From: Lingula anatina
Taxonomy: Eukaryota; Animalia; Brachiopoda
DNA: 64,000 nt
Direction of reading: 5' to 3'
Assembly: GCA_051362555.1 (NCBI GenBank)
Contig: CM120645.1
Location: 12,276,001 to 12,340,000 of the forward strand
Positions 1-29,662 of this stretch are shown here, in pieces (position 1 is the first letter of the stretch; the number at the start of each line of letters is the position of its first letter). A program made the translations under genes and the position numbers. Below the pieces are notes generated by a model, which did not search any database, had not been told where the DNA came from, and saw only the letters and a list, made by a program, of their open reading frames with translations.

Positions 1-740
1 CAAAAAGGTAAAGAAGCAGTAAAATTACATTTTGAACTGATAATCTGGCGTATAATAGATATTAAACCCTTTTATTTATTGACAAGGTGACTAGTAAGGT
101 ACAGTTATACTAAGAGGATCATTGATAGGACTGACCGTTACGACAGGCTCAGTCTGATGAAAATTTTATCAAGGGCCAACAGGGGTTTTGGGCACAGAGA
201 GTCCAAAATGTTAATCTGCAATCGAGACCCTTATATTTACATGGAGTCCAAGCAAGTCCGTTGGTGGGGACGGGGGTGGGGTTAAAATTAATAAATAATA
301 TATTTAACTATTGTCAAAGTATTTAACCTTATTATTATTATTTTTGTTTGTTTTTATATCGATCATACTTACCTTATGGTGATTTTATATTTTGATCATA
401 ACTTTATTCAGTATGTATATAAAATTCCCATTCTTTTAATTGAGATTGGCACGTTTAAGAAATTTCTTCAGTAAATAACAGCACTTCTAATTTTTCTTTT
501 TACTGCACTTTTTCACTTAACATTTTATATAGTCGATATAAATCTTTTGGTTATATACCAACAGCCATTAAAAACTTTGAGGCCATATTTTTGAAAATAA
601 TTGTTGTTTTGAAGCTCTAAACTGGATTATTTTCATATGAATCATTTGTTTAGGACATTGGTATACAGAACCAAAAATCTCAAGTTTCATGAATAATTTC
701 AAAACAAAAGTGGCACCAGCCCATCACAAAGTCACAACAG

Positions 741-1447
741 TCAATAGCCGGTACAACCTCCGCTTGCTTCGATGCAGGCGGCGATCCGTTGACGCATGCT
801 CGGGCAGTAAATGGGATGCTGTCGTGCGGAATCCTATCCCAGTCTTGCCGTAGTGCCTGGATCAGCTGCTGCCTTGGCTAAAGGACGACCAATTAAGATA
901 CATGTACTACCACAAGTGTTCAATCGGATTCATATCCGGAGAATAGACAGGCCGGGGTAGGACATCCACCCTTGGGTCTCCTGATCCGCTTGGGTCATTT
1001 GTGCCGAATGTGAACGGGTCTTGTCATGTTGGGAAACGGAGACATCATTTTTCTGCTGCTTGAACGATGTCATGTGAGGTTTCAGAATCTGATCTATGTA
1101 GTGACGAGCAGCCACTGGTATGTTGCCATCAACGACCACCATCGGTTGACCGCCAGCAAGCGTCGACGCACAGTGGGGCTGCTGCCCCGGTTGTTCTTCC
1201 TGTCGGGTGCTTCTTGTGCTGTACGACTGGCACGTCCAAACTGGTCCCGCAGGTGATGCAACCTGATGTAGCGATCCTAGTCGGGAGTTCACACTCTCTC
1301 GCCCTGGCTGCAGTCTATCGCAAACAGAGCCTGGCATGATGTGCGATTCAACCAGGTTCCTGATTGTGGGGTGGGAGCATCCCATACACTGTAGCTCAAA
1401 TCGGACTCCTCTCACACCCAGTGCCCAGAGATGAACGTTGTTCACAT
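741..1447 (-). mobile_element. Degenerate Tc1/mariner (DD34E) transposase relic
   Basis: Frameshifted translation gives VVVDGN...RHYIDQILKPH...QHDKTRSHSAQMTQ, then VLPRPVYSPDMNPIEHLW and SMRQRIAACIEASGGCTGY*, which are the Tc1 catalytic and C-terminal motifs. Confidence 0.85.
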
Positions 1448-1650
1448 GATAGACATGGAATGATTCCGTTCACTGGGCCAACAACAATGGTGGCCCATTT
1501 GGGCCTTAATAGGCCTCCAAAACTAATCCTCAAAATGTGCAGATGCCCACTGAGTATTGCTCAATGTGTATTTGGTCCACTTTTGCAAAAAAAAAACTAA
1601 CCCATGTGCAACATGACAACTGTTCATTATCTCAACTACCCCAGCACTTA

Positions 1651-1858
1651 GACCTCATTCCCAGAGATTAGATCGATCCAACTAGATCGACCCTAGGGGT
1701 TCACGCTAAATAGCTGTCAGCCAAGCGGGGTACAAAAGTTAATTACCCCCTTACAGCTTGTAGTAGGTGGGACTGACATTTAAGCCGGATTATCTGACAG
1801 TAATCTAGTGAGACTCCCCACGGGGATAGATCGATCTAAAATCTATGGGAATGCACCC
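1651..1858. mobile_element. MITE with TA flanks; partial second copy at ~15700-15850
   Basis: TIR cattcccagagattagatcgatc ... gatcgatctaaaatctatgggaatg, TA on both sides. Internal sequence (gacatttaagccgg, tagtgaga.tcccca) recurs at 15700-15850. Confidence 0.7.
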
Positions 1859-2599
1859 TACGACATCAATAAAACCAAAATTAATAATTACATCTACCCT
1901 ACCAGTAGAAATATGCATACATTCCTATCTCAAAGCTTCCATTGACTGTAAGTTTTTTTTTTTTTTTTTTTTTTTTTTTGGCAAAAACAACATTTCAAAT
2001 ACATGATGTCGACGGGTAGCCATCGCATATCCCCGAACTATGTCACGTTGTCAAGAAAAGCTGACCTCATGGGCCCCAACCGCTGGGTTTGTATGCCGCT
2101 GCTTGGGTCTTGATTATTTATAATAAAGTTCATAATTAAACAACAAAAATGCCTTTATCCATAGGTGTTAAAATATTTAAAAAGTTTACAAAAAAAAAGG
2201 ATAAGAATAACCCAACCCTAAGAAAAACTATTTGATACCTTTTTTATTTCAAAATGATTTGGTTTACATATACTAGAATGATAATGCCTTTCATAATCAT
2301 CCACAATGTAATTTTTGATTTAGAATGAAAAACTAGTTGTCAGGACTGAGATATCCGCAATTGATGTTTGGTTTGATCATAGAGTAGCATTGACGGACAT
2401 GTTGGTTTTCTTATTGCTATTTTTAAAATACCATAATTTCAACCATCAAAATTATCCACAAATAATTGAACAAATCGTTAAATGTGTCCAATAGTCTTAA
2501 ATAAAAATAATTTCAACACAAATAATTTAACATCTTTCCGGTGCTTGGTATCCTCACTACAAGGATGAGAGTGAAAAAATTCCACGACGCGCACGACTT

Positions 2600-3674
2600 G
2601 TCACGATTTAATTACGTTGGATTGTAAGTGGCAAGCGCCTGGGGTTAAAAAGACAAAGGGAAAACAGCACATTCGGTTGCAAATCAATTGCAAAGCAGTC
2701 GGCGACCTGTTGGCAACCGGTTGGATGCCACAAGTAGGTTTTTCGGTGGCCAGGAGGTTATCGGTGCTGCACCGAAAACCGGCGCAACCGGATATCAACC
2801 CAGCATTCATTTGGAAACCACTTTGCGAGTTGTTGCAACCGGTCCCCGACCTTTTTGCAACCGGTGACAGTTGCAATACACAATGAGTTTTTTTTTTTCA
2901 GTGTGACCGTAACGGCACAGGCCTTGCGACCTCAAAGAGACCAAGTATTTGAACAAGAAAATATTAAAGAGTATTATAAGATTAATAAGGATTAAAACGT
3001 ATTAAAATTTATGTTTTTGCTACAGCACTGGTTTCGTTAGGTGAGGGTGTAGTCTTTACAAAGTCCACAAATCATTGCTGGTTCTATTTTTAGGGCGGAA
3101 ATTAAAACTTCTTGATTTTCAAGTCCAAGTTCTTTCATCAAATGTTTGTAATCGCCTTACAAGGGGCGTCTTGCAATACATGGGTTTACCCAGTATTTCC
3201 GATTTTTTTATTCTTTTTAATTCTCAGGTAAACAAAGCCAATGATTATAGCAGCCCCGTCTTTTTGAAAAAGAGCCGTTTTACTAGAACTTTTTTGTCTT
3301 TTGAGAGGGGAAATTTGTGAGAAAGCAGCTACTGTCACAAGCTGGCAACATTATAAATATTCTGTGCGACCTTGCTGCTACCAGTTGACAAGCGATTGCT
3401 ACAGTCCTGCAACCGATTTTCAATCAAAGTGGTTGCAGACAGGTTGTTTATCGCTTGGCAAACGGTGTGCGACTGGTAACCTATAACTTGAAGATGGTCT
3501 AGAAGAGGTTGCAGATACCATACTGCTACTTTGTTGCAACCAGTTTGCGACTGCTTGCCGATCAAAATTGGCCATAGCTTCTTAATTAGCTTGCAAAATG
3601 ATAGAAAGCGACCGCCAGATTTTGTGGTTGCAAAAAGGTTGCCAAAAGGTTGCAAGTGCAGTGTGACCCAGCCT
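2600..3674. mobile_element. Fragments of a PIF/Harbinger-like non-autonomous element
   Basis: Two segments rich in GGTTGCAA/TTGCAACC motifs, each ending in cagtgtgacc (2899, 3659); the second ends cagtgtgacccagcct-taa. Confidence 0.5.
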
Positions 3675-3921
3675 TAACATAGCAGGCTTTGACTATGGGG
3701 CTCGTGGAAGTGGCAACTGGACTCCAGGGAGATGGCACCGTCTGCCACCATCTGATAAATGTCAAATGAGCAGTTTCTGAGAGTTTAGGATCATGACTAA
3801 CAAGTTATCATAATGAAGATAAAAAAGAAAGGCGCGTTTTTAATAATACTAAATTTGCAAAAAAAAAACAACAACTTATTTTGCAGCTTTTTTTACCCCT
3901 GCCATATTTTGACGACCATTT

Positions 3922-3976
<55 letters not shown>

Positions 3977-4746
3977 AAATGTTACTCTCTTAAGTGTATT
4001 CACTAGTCTTGATGTGCTTTCCTGATAGGATAAACTTTCAAGGAAGTTCTTAACAAAGTATACCCGGCGACTTCTGGTCGTTTTCCTATTTTTCCTCATA
4101 AATTGACGGCCATATTGAAAAATGCTCAACGTCTCGGAAATAGCAACCAAGCTAATTTTGCTTCTCTCGGCCTGAAGAATGCATTTCAGCAAAAAAAGAT
4201 TACAGGAAAAAACACTGCAGGGTTAGCGTTCTGGCTACTCGACTGTATGGGCGAGGTATGGAATCGAGACGATTGCGCTCGGTGGTATAGCGGCCAGGGT
4301 CCTCTTTTAAATGTCAGGTAGATCGACCCCCCCCCCCCCCCCCCCACCACCTCTCGTATCTTACGGGGGATGTCAGATGACTCGGATTAGAGGATCTTGG
4401 CCGAATTCCAGTCCATACTGTAGTCGGCAGAGCTGGTTTTGCTTACAGTTACTGATTTTCTGTGTTCACTAACCCTAAGGCCTTCGTCCAGGTTGGCCGC
4501 GAGCTAAAGGTATGAAAATATTTCGGCTCGTGTTCGAGAATTTTCATTTATGATCCAACTACCAAGCTAATGAACATTTTTGCTATTTTTATGCTACCTT
4601 TTTCAAAATGAAAGAGCAGTCATTTAGCTGAAATATTAAAGTAATTGTAATCTGCGTACCGTAGTAAACAAATGAAAGCTGTGGACTCGAGACAAGACCA
4701 ATGTTGGTGGAGGACTTGTGCAATTTTTAAATGTAAGGCATAATCA

Positions 4747-5185
<439 letters not shown>

Positions 5186-6903
5186 ATTTACTGGTAGCTG
5201 CAAGTTGTTCTTGTGAAGACAAAATTTTACTGCACACTACCGCTCAGTTAACCCATGCATTGGGGTTTAATACAAGGCTTCTCTTTTTAATGTAAGCTCA
5301 ATATTGACGTTACATAAATACAATGGGACCTCATTCAATAACAAAAATGCTTCGGTCGTGTCCTCATCCTATATTTAGACAACCTTGACAAAGGTAGTGG
5401 TTTTCGATGGTTAACTATGTCCACAGGAAAGCGTCTGAGCTTTAAACAGACGCAATGGATTATATTCCGTCACAAGGTAGTCTGTTTGTATTTTTCTTTT
5501 AACTTGAAAAGGATTTTCGCTGATTGGTGAAGTCACCACGGAAGACGCCAAGGGGATTCCCCTTTGAGTAATGTGACCATTTAACCAATGGCTGGGTTCA
5601 AATACCTTGCATGACCTTCCGTGATGCGCCATTGTTGTAATGGTGACAAAAATATGAGATGTGGGTCATATTACACAAAAAAGTGACTCTCTGCATCGCG
5701 TCACTGACGTTAATTTTTTTTTTTTTCTTTTCTTTTCTTGTTGTTACACCTTCCAATGCAGATAGAAATCAGCAGTTATTAACGAGTGATATTAAACAGG
5801 TGTGCAAATAAAATGTGCGTGCCACTGATTCGACCCAGAGATTCACTTTAGTTTGTCTGTAACATAATATAGTGGAAACCAAACTACACTACAGCTGTGT
5901 TGTGACTGTCCTGGGTGTCCATTTTTACCCCAAGCTAACATTCGAAGAGATCGGCAACAACGGACAATTATTTTGCAAAAGTTTTAAGTTCCCCTTTTCT
6001 GATTATAACTGATTTGAGGGCAAGCATGACAAAATAAAATCCCTATGTCTGAAAGCCTCTGATGTTTGCATATGTGTGCGTGTGTGCTGTTTTGTGCGAG
6101 AAATCCTCGTGAGCGTTTACAAGTGTTTTAAGTCGGCATCCTCCTATCAGTAAATGTGGCACTGTAGAACATACGGATTTTATGTAAATATTTCCATTAG
6201 TGTCTTGTACTGTATCCAACTTTCCCTATAGTCTTATCAAACAGGGAGAGTACACAGAAACACCCCGGCTAAGAGGGCAAGGAGATTGCTATGGCAGTTT
6301 TTTCATTTTCAGTAGGAAGTATTGGGCGGTATCCTGATACCATTATACATACAGTGAATACGTATTAGCTTGCATTTCTTTTCTTCAAAGGTACTGCACC
6401 ACAGAATATGACACGTTGACTTCTGTGGTTATTTCAAAGGGCTTAACTAAAGCTTATCCCCCGCAGAGGATGCGATGCATTGGCGGGAGGGAATATGTTT
6501 CTCGTATGTAGTCAACAGTCCTTTTATAAAAAAAAATAAATGCTTTTGATATTCGAAGATTTCAGTACTGATGCATTATGCCAAATTGTCGCCGCACTGT
6601 ATCCCCGAAATATAAAATGAAAAGCATCACTGCATAACCCCAACAATTGCAAATGAAGACTTGAAGTCATTTATTTGGATATTTCTTAATTTAATTCATT
6701 CTTCAATTTTTCCCATTCATTTTATATTTAAAAATGGTTACTCTATGAGTATATACGAACAAATATGTCACAAGGGGCATCATCATCAGAACCATCGGTC
6801 TGCCATACAAGAGATAACTGGGCTAGGGGTGGCGCCCCTTGGTGGTATGTACATGCCAGCATGTAGTCTATAATCAGTATCAGAACGTTCAAGAGCTGAC
6901 ATT

Positions 6904-6934
6904 ATGAGGACTTTCCTGGTTCTGCTGATGGTGG
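6904..6934 (+). pseudogene. Truncated duplicate of exon 1 of the secreted prokineticin-fold gene
   Basis: ATGAGGACTTTCCTGGTTCTGCTGATGGTGG matches 27631-27661, then homology stops abruptly. The TATA segment seen at 27572 is deleted in this copy. Confidence 0.75.
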
Positions 6935-8888
6935 GCTGGGTGAAAGTACCGCCATACAATCTTGTTTGTCCTTTTGACGGGGTATATGACCCCAAGGAAA
7001 CCATCTCAGCGAATCAAAATGGTCGTTGTTGCTTACTGAAAAGTCATGTGGTCTATGGTCGCATTGGGTGCTTTCAGAACGAGTTCACCCGCGGACTAAC
7101 AGATCCACGAATCAAATTTAAAAGCAATTCCTCCTGATCCCATACTGGTTTCACCCTCGACCAGATCGTGGCTGACCCTCAACGTGGCCTTTGCTACATT
7201 GATGATGGAACATACTGTATACACTATATAGACACTACAGAGGGGTTTTTTTTTGGAACGGGAAGTACAGAACCGTAAGCAAGCCGCCGCCAGTAATCCT
7301 GGGTTTTGTGATTATGAGGAACCAATGTCGGCTAAATTTTAAAACTCTATTAGCCCGTGAGTGAATCAGATATTGCTTTTTCAATGAAGAAGTGAATAGA
7401 TTTGTTTTGTTTTACAATGTGCTGAGATTTACATTCGGAATTGCTTTGGATGTATACAGTTTATTTCCTACTAGGTACTAGTATCTATAGATCCACAACA
7501 ATAATAAAGTAAAATATAAACTGTAGTTGCTTTTATTTCAGCATAAGTAGAAGGTTGAACAGAGCATACAATATAGGCCCAGCCTATCTGTAACACACAT
7601 TGATACTGAAAAATATTTCAGAAAAAAAACAGTATCATGTCTCACATCTCGCTATCATATAGCCTCAATATTTAGTGCAGTTCATTGAAATCTCAAAACA
7701 GCATGACGTTGTACAATTATATATACACTACATCATTTTGGTTGTATACAGTGCATAGAAAATTAAGTTCTGAGGCAAAAAAGAAATACAAAAATAACTG
7801 CACCGGATATTGCAAAAACGCAACAGAAAATGAACAATTCCCATATGTAACCTAATGTTATGTTGTTAATGATTGTATGTTTTCTGGAATACTTAGGTAT
7901 TTAAAGTATGATTTTCTAGGATATGTAGACTATACGTTGATCATTCCTATATATTTTATTTCAGTGAATTTTAATAACACGTAACACAAAATAGTTAACA
8001 TATATCAATCGTGCAAGGTTATACTGTACCTTCATTGGTTTAAAGGATGCGTTTACTTAAGAACTCTTTTAAGTAAAAGTGAAATATTAAAAACTAGCAC
8101 AATTAATAGAGATCATTTTTCAAAACTTGTGCGTAAACTATATTACAGTGTAAACAATACATCTTAGTTTATAGGAAACTCGGTACATTGTTGGTTAGTT
8201 CTTGAAATAACTGAAGTGCTAACTTGCTTTTACTACATGTATGTACAGGGTTGACTCAGGATAACTATCAATTAAGTCCAAGTAACAGGTGGCATATTTT
8301 ATGATAATTAAAAGCTGAGAGCGCTAAGAGTAATAACAGTGCAATTGTGGATTAAATAACTTTCCATTAAAGAAATATGACGTTTTTTATAATACATGTA
8401 TTGATTTCCCACTCCTGGTACATGTACTTCAAATGCCCCATTTCACTTCCACTGTGAACTGTTTGAGTGCTAACATAGCTATTCTCTGGACATTTAAAAC
8501 CAACTTCCTCTTTCTACCCAGATTCTCCCACGTTTACTTCTTAGAGCTTATAGCAACACCCGGGCCTCAGTTATATTTCTTTATTCACGAGACTTTACGA
8601 GACTCCAGGACCCTTGCTGGAGATGAAGCTGGCACTTAAGACCTCAAAAATGGTTCTATAAATTTAGTTTTAGTGTTTTTGTATAGGGTGTACCATAGAG
8701 ATAATGGGGAAATGGGAAGATTCCATTCCTTTGTTCTTTTTTATGGTGTACAAAAGTCTAATACACGCTGTTTGTCTTTAATCTGACAATACAAGATTCG
8801 CCTAAAAAGACTGAAAATTGTCACTTTTAAGTGATTATACTTATATATTAAACACCATTTAATCATTATATATATAAATAATTACGTA

Positions 8889-25027
<16,139 letters not shown>

Positions 25028-25550
25028 ATTTAGCTGCAAGTTGCCCTTGTGAAGACGAAATTTCACTGCACACTACTGCTCTGCTGATCCATGTATTGCG
25101 CTTTTATACACGGCGTCTCTATTTAACGTAAGTTCAATACTGGTGTTGTGTTATTAAAATAGACCTCGAACAAAAACAAAAATGGTTCGGTCGTGTCCTT
25201 ACCTTATTTTTAAACAAGTTTGAAAACGGTAGTGGGTTTTCAAAGAAAACTGTGTTCAAAGAAAAAGCAATCGACGGATAAACCTATACTATGCAGCACG
25301 TTCTTTCACAAGAAAGTCTGCTTGTTTGTTGTTTATTTAAACCTTGAAAAGGGTTTTCGTTGATTGGTTAAGTCATCACGGAAGACGCCAAGGGGATTCC
25401 CCTTTGAGTAATATAACTATTAAACCAATGGCTGGGTTCAAATACCTTGCATGATCTTCCGTGATGCACCGTTGTTATAATAAAGACAAAAATTTGCGGG
25501 TCACTGGCGCTAACAATTTATTTTTGCGTACTAAGAATTTTTACTTGCCC

Positions 25551-26437
25551 CGATTCTAGGACAATTCTCCACGGACAATTCCCCCAAGACAACCCCCATC
25601 TCCACGGACAATTCCCCCAAGACAACCCCCCCCCCCCATCTCCACGGACAATTCCCCCAAGACAACCCCCCCCCCCATCTCCACGGACAATTCCCCCAAG
25701 ACAACCCCCCATCTCCACGGACAATTCCCCCAAGACAACCCCCCATCTCCACGGACAATTCCCCCAATACAACCCCCCATCTCCACGGACAATTCCCCCA
25801 AGACAACCCCCCATCTCCACGGACGATTCCCCCTCCCCCCAGGATTACGTATTTATACACAAATACACAGTAAGGAGTGCAAAACATTTCATCCATTTTA
25901 TTGATACTTTTAGTGTGATAATATACTATTTCAAAATTAAACAAATTATTTGATAACAAGTATCTTTTTCATTGAGTACAAGTACAGTAAGTATTATTAA
26001 AAATGTAATCAAAGTTATTAACCACCTATTCTCCAGGTAAAGGTGGGGTAAACTGATGAAAAGGTAAACATATTTTATGAATATTTTTAGTGCGGTGGTA
26101 AGTGTGTGGTAGTCAAGCAATTAAAAGTAACAGGTAATCCATCAAAGGGTTACCTGGATGTGTGAGATCATCTGTTTTCCCCACTTTTCCAGAAGATATA
26201 CTTTGATCAGATTTTTAATAAAATTTTCTGTGCGTCTGTTTCTAAAATTTTATGCACTTGTACTCCATGAAAATAATTTGTTTAATGAAATAAATATTCC
26301 CTATCCTCGAGTTGCATCATGACACTATAAAAAATATTCGTACAACAGATAAAACGATTTGAATTTTATATTTGTGTATTAATATATATTCTTTGGTGGG
26401 ATTGCGGGAATTGTCCTGGGGGAATTGTGATGATACC
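25551..26437. mobile_element. Non-autonomous DNA element with a subterminal minisatellite (MULE-like, tentative)
   Basis: Left end has ~8 units of ggacaattcccccaagacaaccccccatctccac (25559-25840); right end has the inverted motif gggaattgtcc/gggggaattgt; imperfect 8-bp flanks cttgcccc/attgtccc; absent from the duplicate region near 5720. Confidence 0.6.
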
Positions 26438-27571
26438 ATTGTCCCATTGTGTTTGCTGTGTCACCTTCCAATGCGGACAAAAATCTGCAGCTATTAACGA
26501 GTGATATTAAACAGGTGCGCAAATAAAATTTGATTGTCACTGACGCGACTCGGAGCGTCGTCACTTTGTGTGTGCGTATCATAATATAGTGGAAACCAAA
26601 TGACACTACAGCTGTGTTGTGGCTTCTGGGTGCCCATCGTTACCCCAAGCTAACAATTGAAGAAATCGGCAACAACGGGCAATTGTTCTGCAAAAGTTTT
26701 GAGTTCTCCTTTTCTGATTGTAACTGATTTGAGGACAAGCATGACGAAATAAAATCCGTTGTCTCAAAGTTTCCGATGTTTGTGCGAGAAATCCACATGA
26801 GCGTTTACAAGTGTCATAAGTCGACATCCTCCTATCAGTAGGCGTGGCACTGTAGAACCAACAGACTTTATGTAAATATTTCCAGTAGTGTCTTGTACTG
26901 TATCTAACTGCCCGTCGTCTTATCAAACAGAGAGAGTAATCAGGAACAGCACGGCTAAGAGGGCAAGAAAAATGCTATGGTAGATTTTACATTTTCAATA
27001 TAAAGTATGGGGCGGTATGGTCATATCGTTATATACAGTGTATGTGTAAAAGCATGCCTTTCCTTTTTTTTAAGATTCTTCACCACAGAATAAGACATTG
27101 AGCGATTATTTCAAAGGGCTAAACTTAAGCTTATCCCACACTCATGTGATGCTCTGACTACAACAGATGGATTTATTACTCTATCTATTCAACAGTCCTC
27201 TTTCAAAAACTCTCAAATACTGTGGATACTCAAGGATTTCAGTACTAGGGCATGATGCCACATTGTCGTCGGAACTGTATTCCAGACATATGAAATGAAA
27301 AGCACCACGGCATAACCCCAACAATTGTACACGAAGACCTAGAGTCATATATTTGAAAATTTCTTTATTTAAATCAATTTTCTATGTATTCCATTCATTT
27401 TTTTTTTTCTAAAAAAATGTCACTCCATGAGTATATACTCACAAAGGACAGAGTCACCAGTACACGGGACTGTGACGAACAAAATGATCCTATCACTAGA
27501 TCCATTGGTTTGTCATATTAAGAGATAACTGCGTAGCTAGGGGTGGCGCCCCTGGGCGGTATGTACATGTG

Positions 27572-27605
27572 TATATAACACGCCTGCGTGTGGTCCAAAA
27601 TCAGT
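27572..27605 (+). promoter_or_regulatory. TATA box plus initiator of the secreted prokineticin-fold gene
   Basis: TATATAA at 27572 and TCAGT Inr at 27601-27605, the canonical ~30-bp spacing, 30 nt upstream of the ATG. Confidence 0.6.
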
Positions 27606-27630
27606 ATCAGAACGTTCAAGAGCTGACAAG

Positions 27631-28504
27631 ATGAGGACTCTCCTGGTTCTGCTGTTGGTGGCACTGATTGTCTGTGCCCAGGTAAGCGGTTTCTATGCAT
27701 CAGTGTATATCGGTATTAAAAAAGTTTTGAATGGTGGAAAATTATTCGAAATGTCCTCGCTTCATTTTTATTGATCTTTTCATTTACGTGTATTATAGGA
27801 AAAGTCGCAGTAAAAGTATTAGTAACAGAGCCGCTTTTTTGTTGTTAAATTTGTTTAGATGGTTATCAAGCTGAAGCTATTTCGTTGTCCGCAGGCTAGA
27901 TATTCTATTGAAAAGGGAGATTTAAAGATATGCATTAGAGTATCGCTGCGCGTTGCACATCGCCGCATTCCGTTCCCTCTTTTCTGAAATAACAGTCCTG
28001 TATTTGAATAAGATGAGAACCATGGAAGAGTAATTTGCTGATTAGTCAATTGATTGATTGAATAAACTGCGTGAACTACAGTAGAATTCGTCTCCTAGTT
28101 AAGACGAAGGAGTTTGGTCCTTCTAGTGACCAAACAGTTTGCAAATGGCCAGGGGTAAGATAGGCGAATTATCTGCAGGACGAGTCAACAAGGTATTCCT
28201 TAAAATAGCTCCTCACAGATAGGCGCACATTTACTTTGATTACAGCTTCATTTAACAGATACATCTAGTTAAGATAGGTGGTTCCCCAAACAGAATGACG
28301 AGATAATGTTTGATGGTCAACTTTTCACTCCTCCAACACAACACGCACCTCCTCTACTGCTATAAGATACTCACGCGGGGCAAAGGTCATTTAACAAATC
28401 GTATCTTTCCCTTTAGTTACTTTACATTTAGTTACATAGTATACATGAACAAATACAGAATGCACAGCGTGTGCGTGCGCGTGTGTAAGTGTGCATGTCT
28501 GCAT

Positions 28505-28535
<31 letters not shown>

Positions 28536-29619
28536 AAAACCATTTAAGGTTGGAGTGTTTGTGCAGAAATTGTAAATATTACGGTATTAGTTCAGATGAT
28601 CACATGCAGGTCCTATATCCTTAATCTTTCCACCAACATTATATTATATGATATTACATTACATTACATTGCATTATATTATATTATATTATATTATATT
28701 ATATTATATTATATTATATTATATTATATTATATTATATTATATTATATTAGGCAAAGAGCAAAGGTTCCAAAAAAAGCAAGCATTCAAAGGGGACACCA
28801 GGTAACTAAATACTTTCTTGATATTAATGGGTAAATGTCTGATGTGAAATACTGCATTCAAATTAACTTTGATTCCCTGATCCTTTCTTTAAAAAAAAGG
28901 GCTGCCATAAATTTTTCTTCACGTTTGTGGATAAATTCTCTATTATTGTTTAAGGCAAGCTCACAAAGCCAAACCCCCCACAGATAGAGGACCTCGAGAA
29001 ACAACTGCAGAAAGAGATGGAAAAGGCGCAGAATCAAATGAAGGCGGCGCTGCAGAACAAGCTGAACAAGGTGAAGGGCGAGATGGGGCAACAAATCCAA
29101 CAGATTCAGAGAGAGCTGGCAGCCATGGTAGGCATCATTTGGTTTCCCGTGATTTCGTGATTCGGGAAACCTTATGTCTTTCTTTGTTGTTAACATACAT
29201 TTGTTTTTTTATAGTAATGGTAAAGTTTTGACAATAAAATTGGCAGATATGAAGTAAAACTAATTAATAACAGTATTTGTGAAGGTTTGCAACATTGCCA
29301 GTTTGTCGTATTTAGATACCAGGGGCCAGTTTCATAAAGGATGTATAGCACTAACCAGTGTATAAGCCTAACCAGTGGATAAATTCTCCTAACATCCCTT
29401 AACTAAAAGATGGTTAAAATTGTGTTACATAAACAGTGTTGAAACAGCCGGTGTTTAACTGGATAAAATATTTAAAGGTCAGTTAATTAACCGGCTGTTT
29501 AAGCACTGTTTATGTAACACAATTTCAACCGTCGTTTAGTTAACGGCTGTTAGGAGAATTTAGACTTTAACACTGGTTAGTGCTAAACTTCCTTTATGAA
29601 ACTGGGCCCAGGATGTTAG

Positions 29620-29662
<43 letters not shown>

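Noticed and set aside
6904-7137. 77-aa ORF starting with a signal-peptide-like sequence
   Set aside because: Only the first 10 codons derive from the duplicated gene; the rest is unrelated read-through and the TATA box is lost.
7140-7210. LDQIVADPQRGLCYIDD, resembling an LTR-retrotransposon YxDD motif
   Set aside because: Too short and degenerate to call without a profile search.
25559-25840. CRISPR-like ~34-bp periodic repeat and overlapping Gly-rich ORFs
   Set aside because: No unique spacers, eukaryotic context; it is a minisatellite and the ORFs are repeat artefacts.
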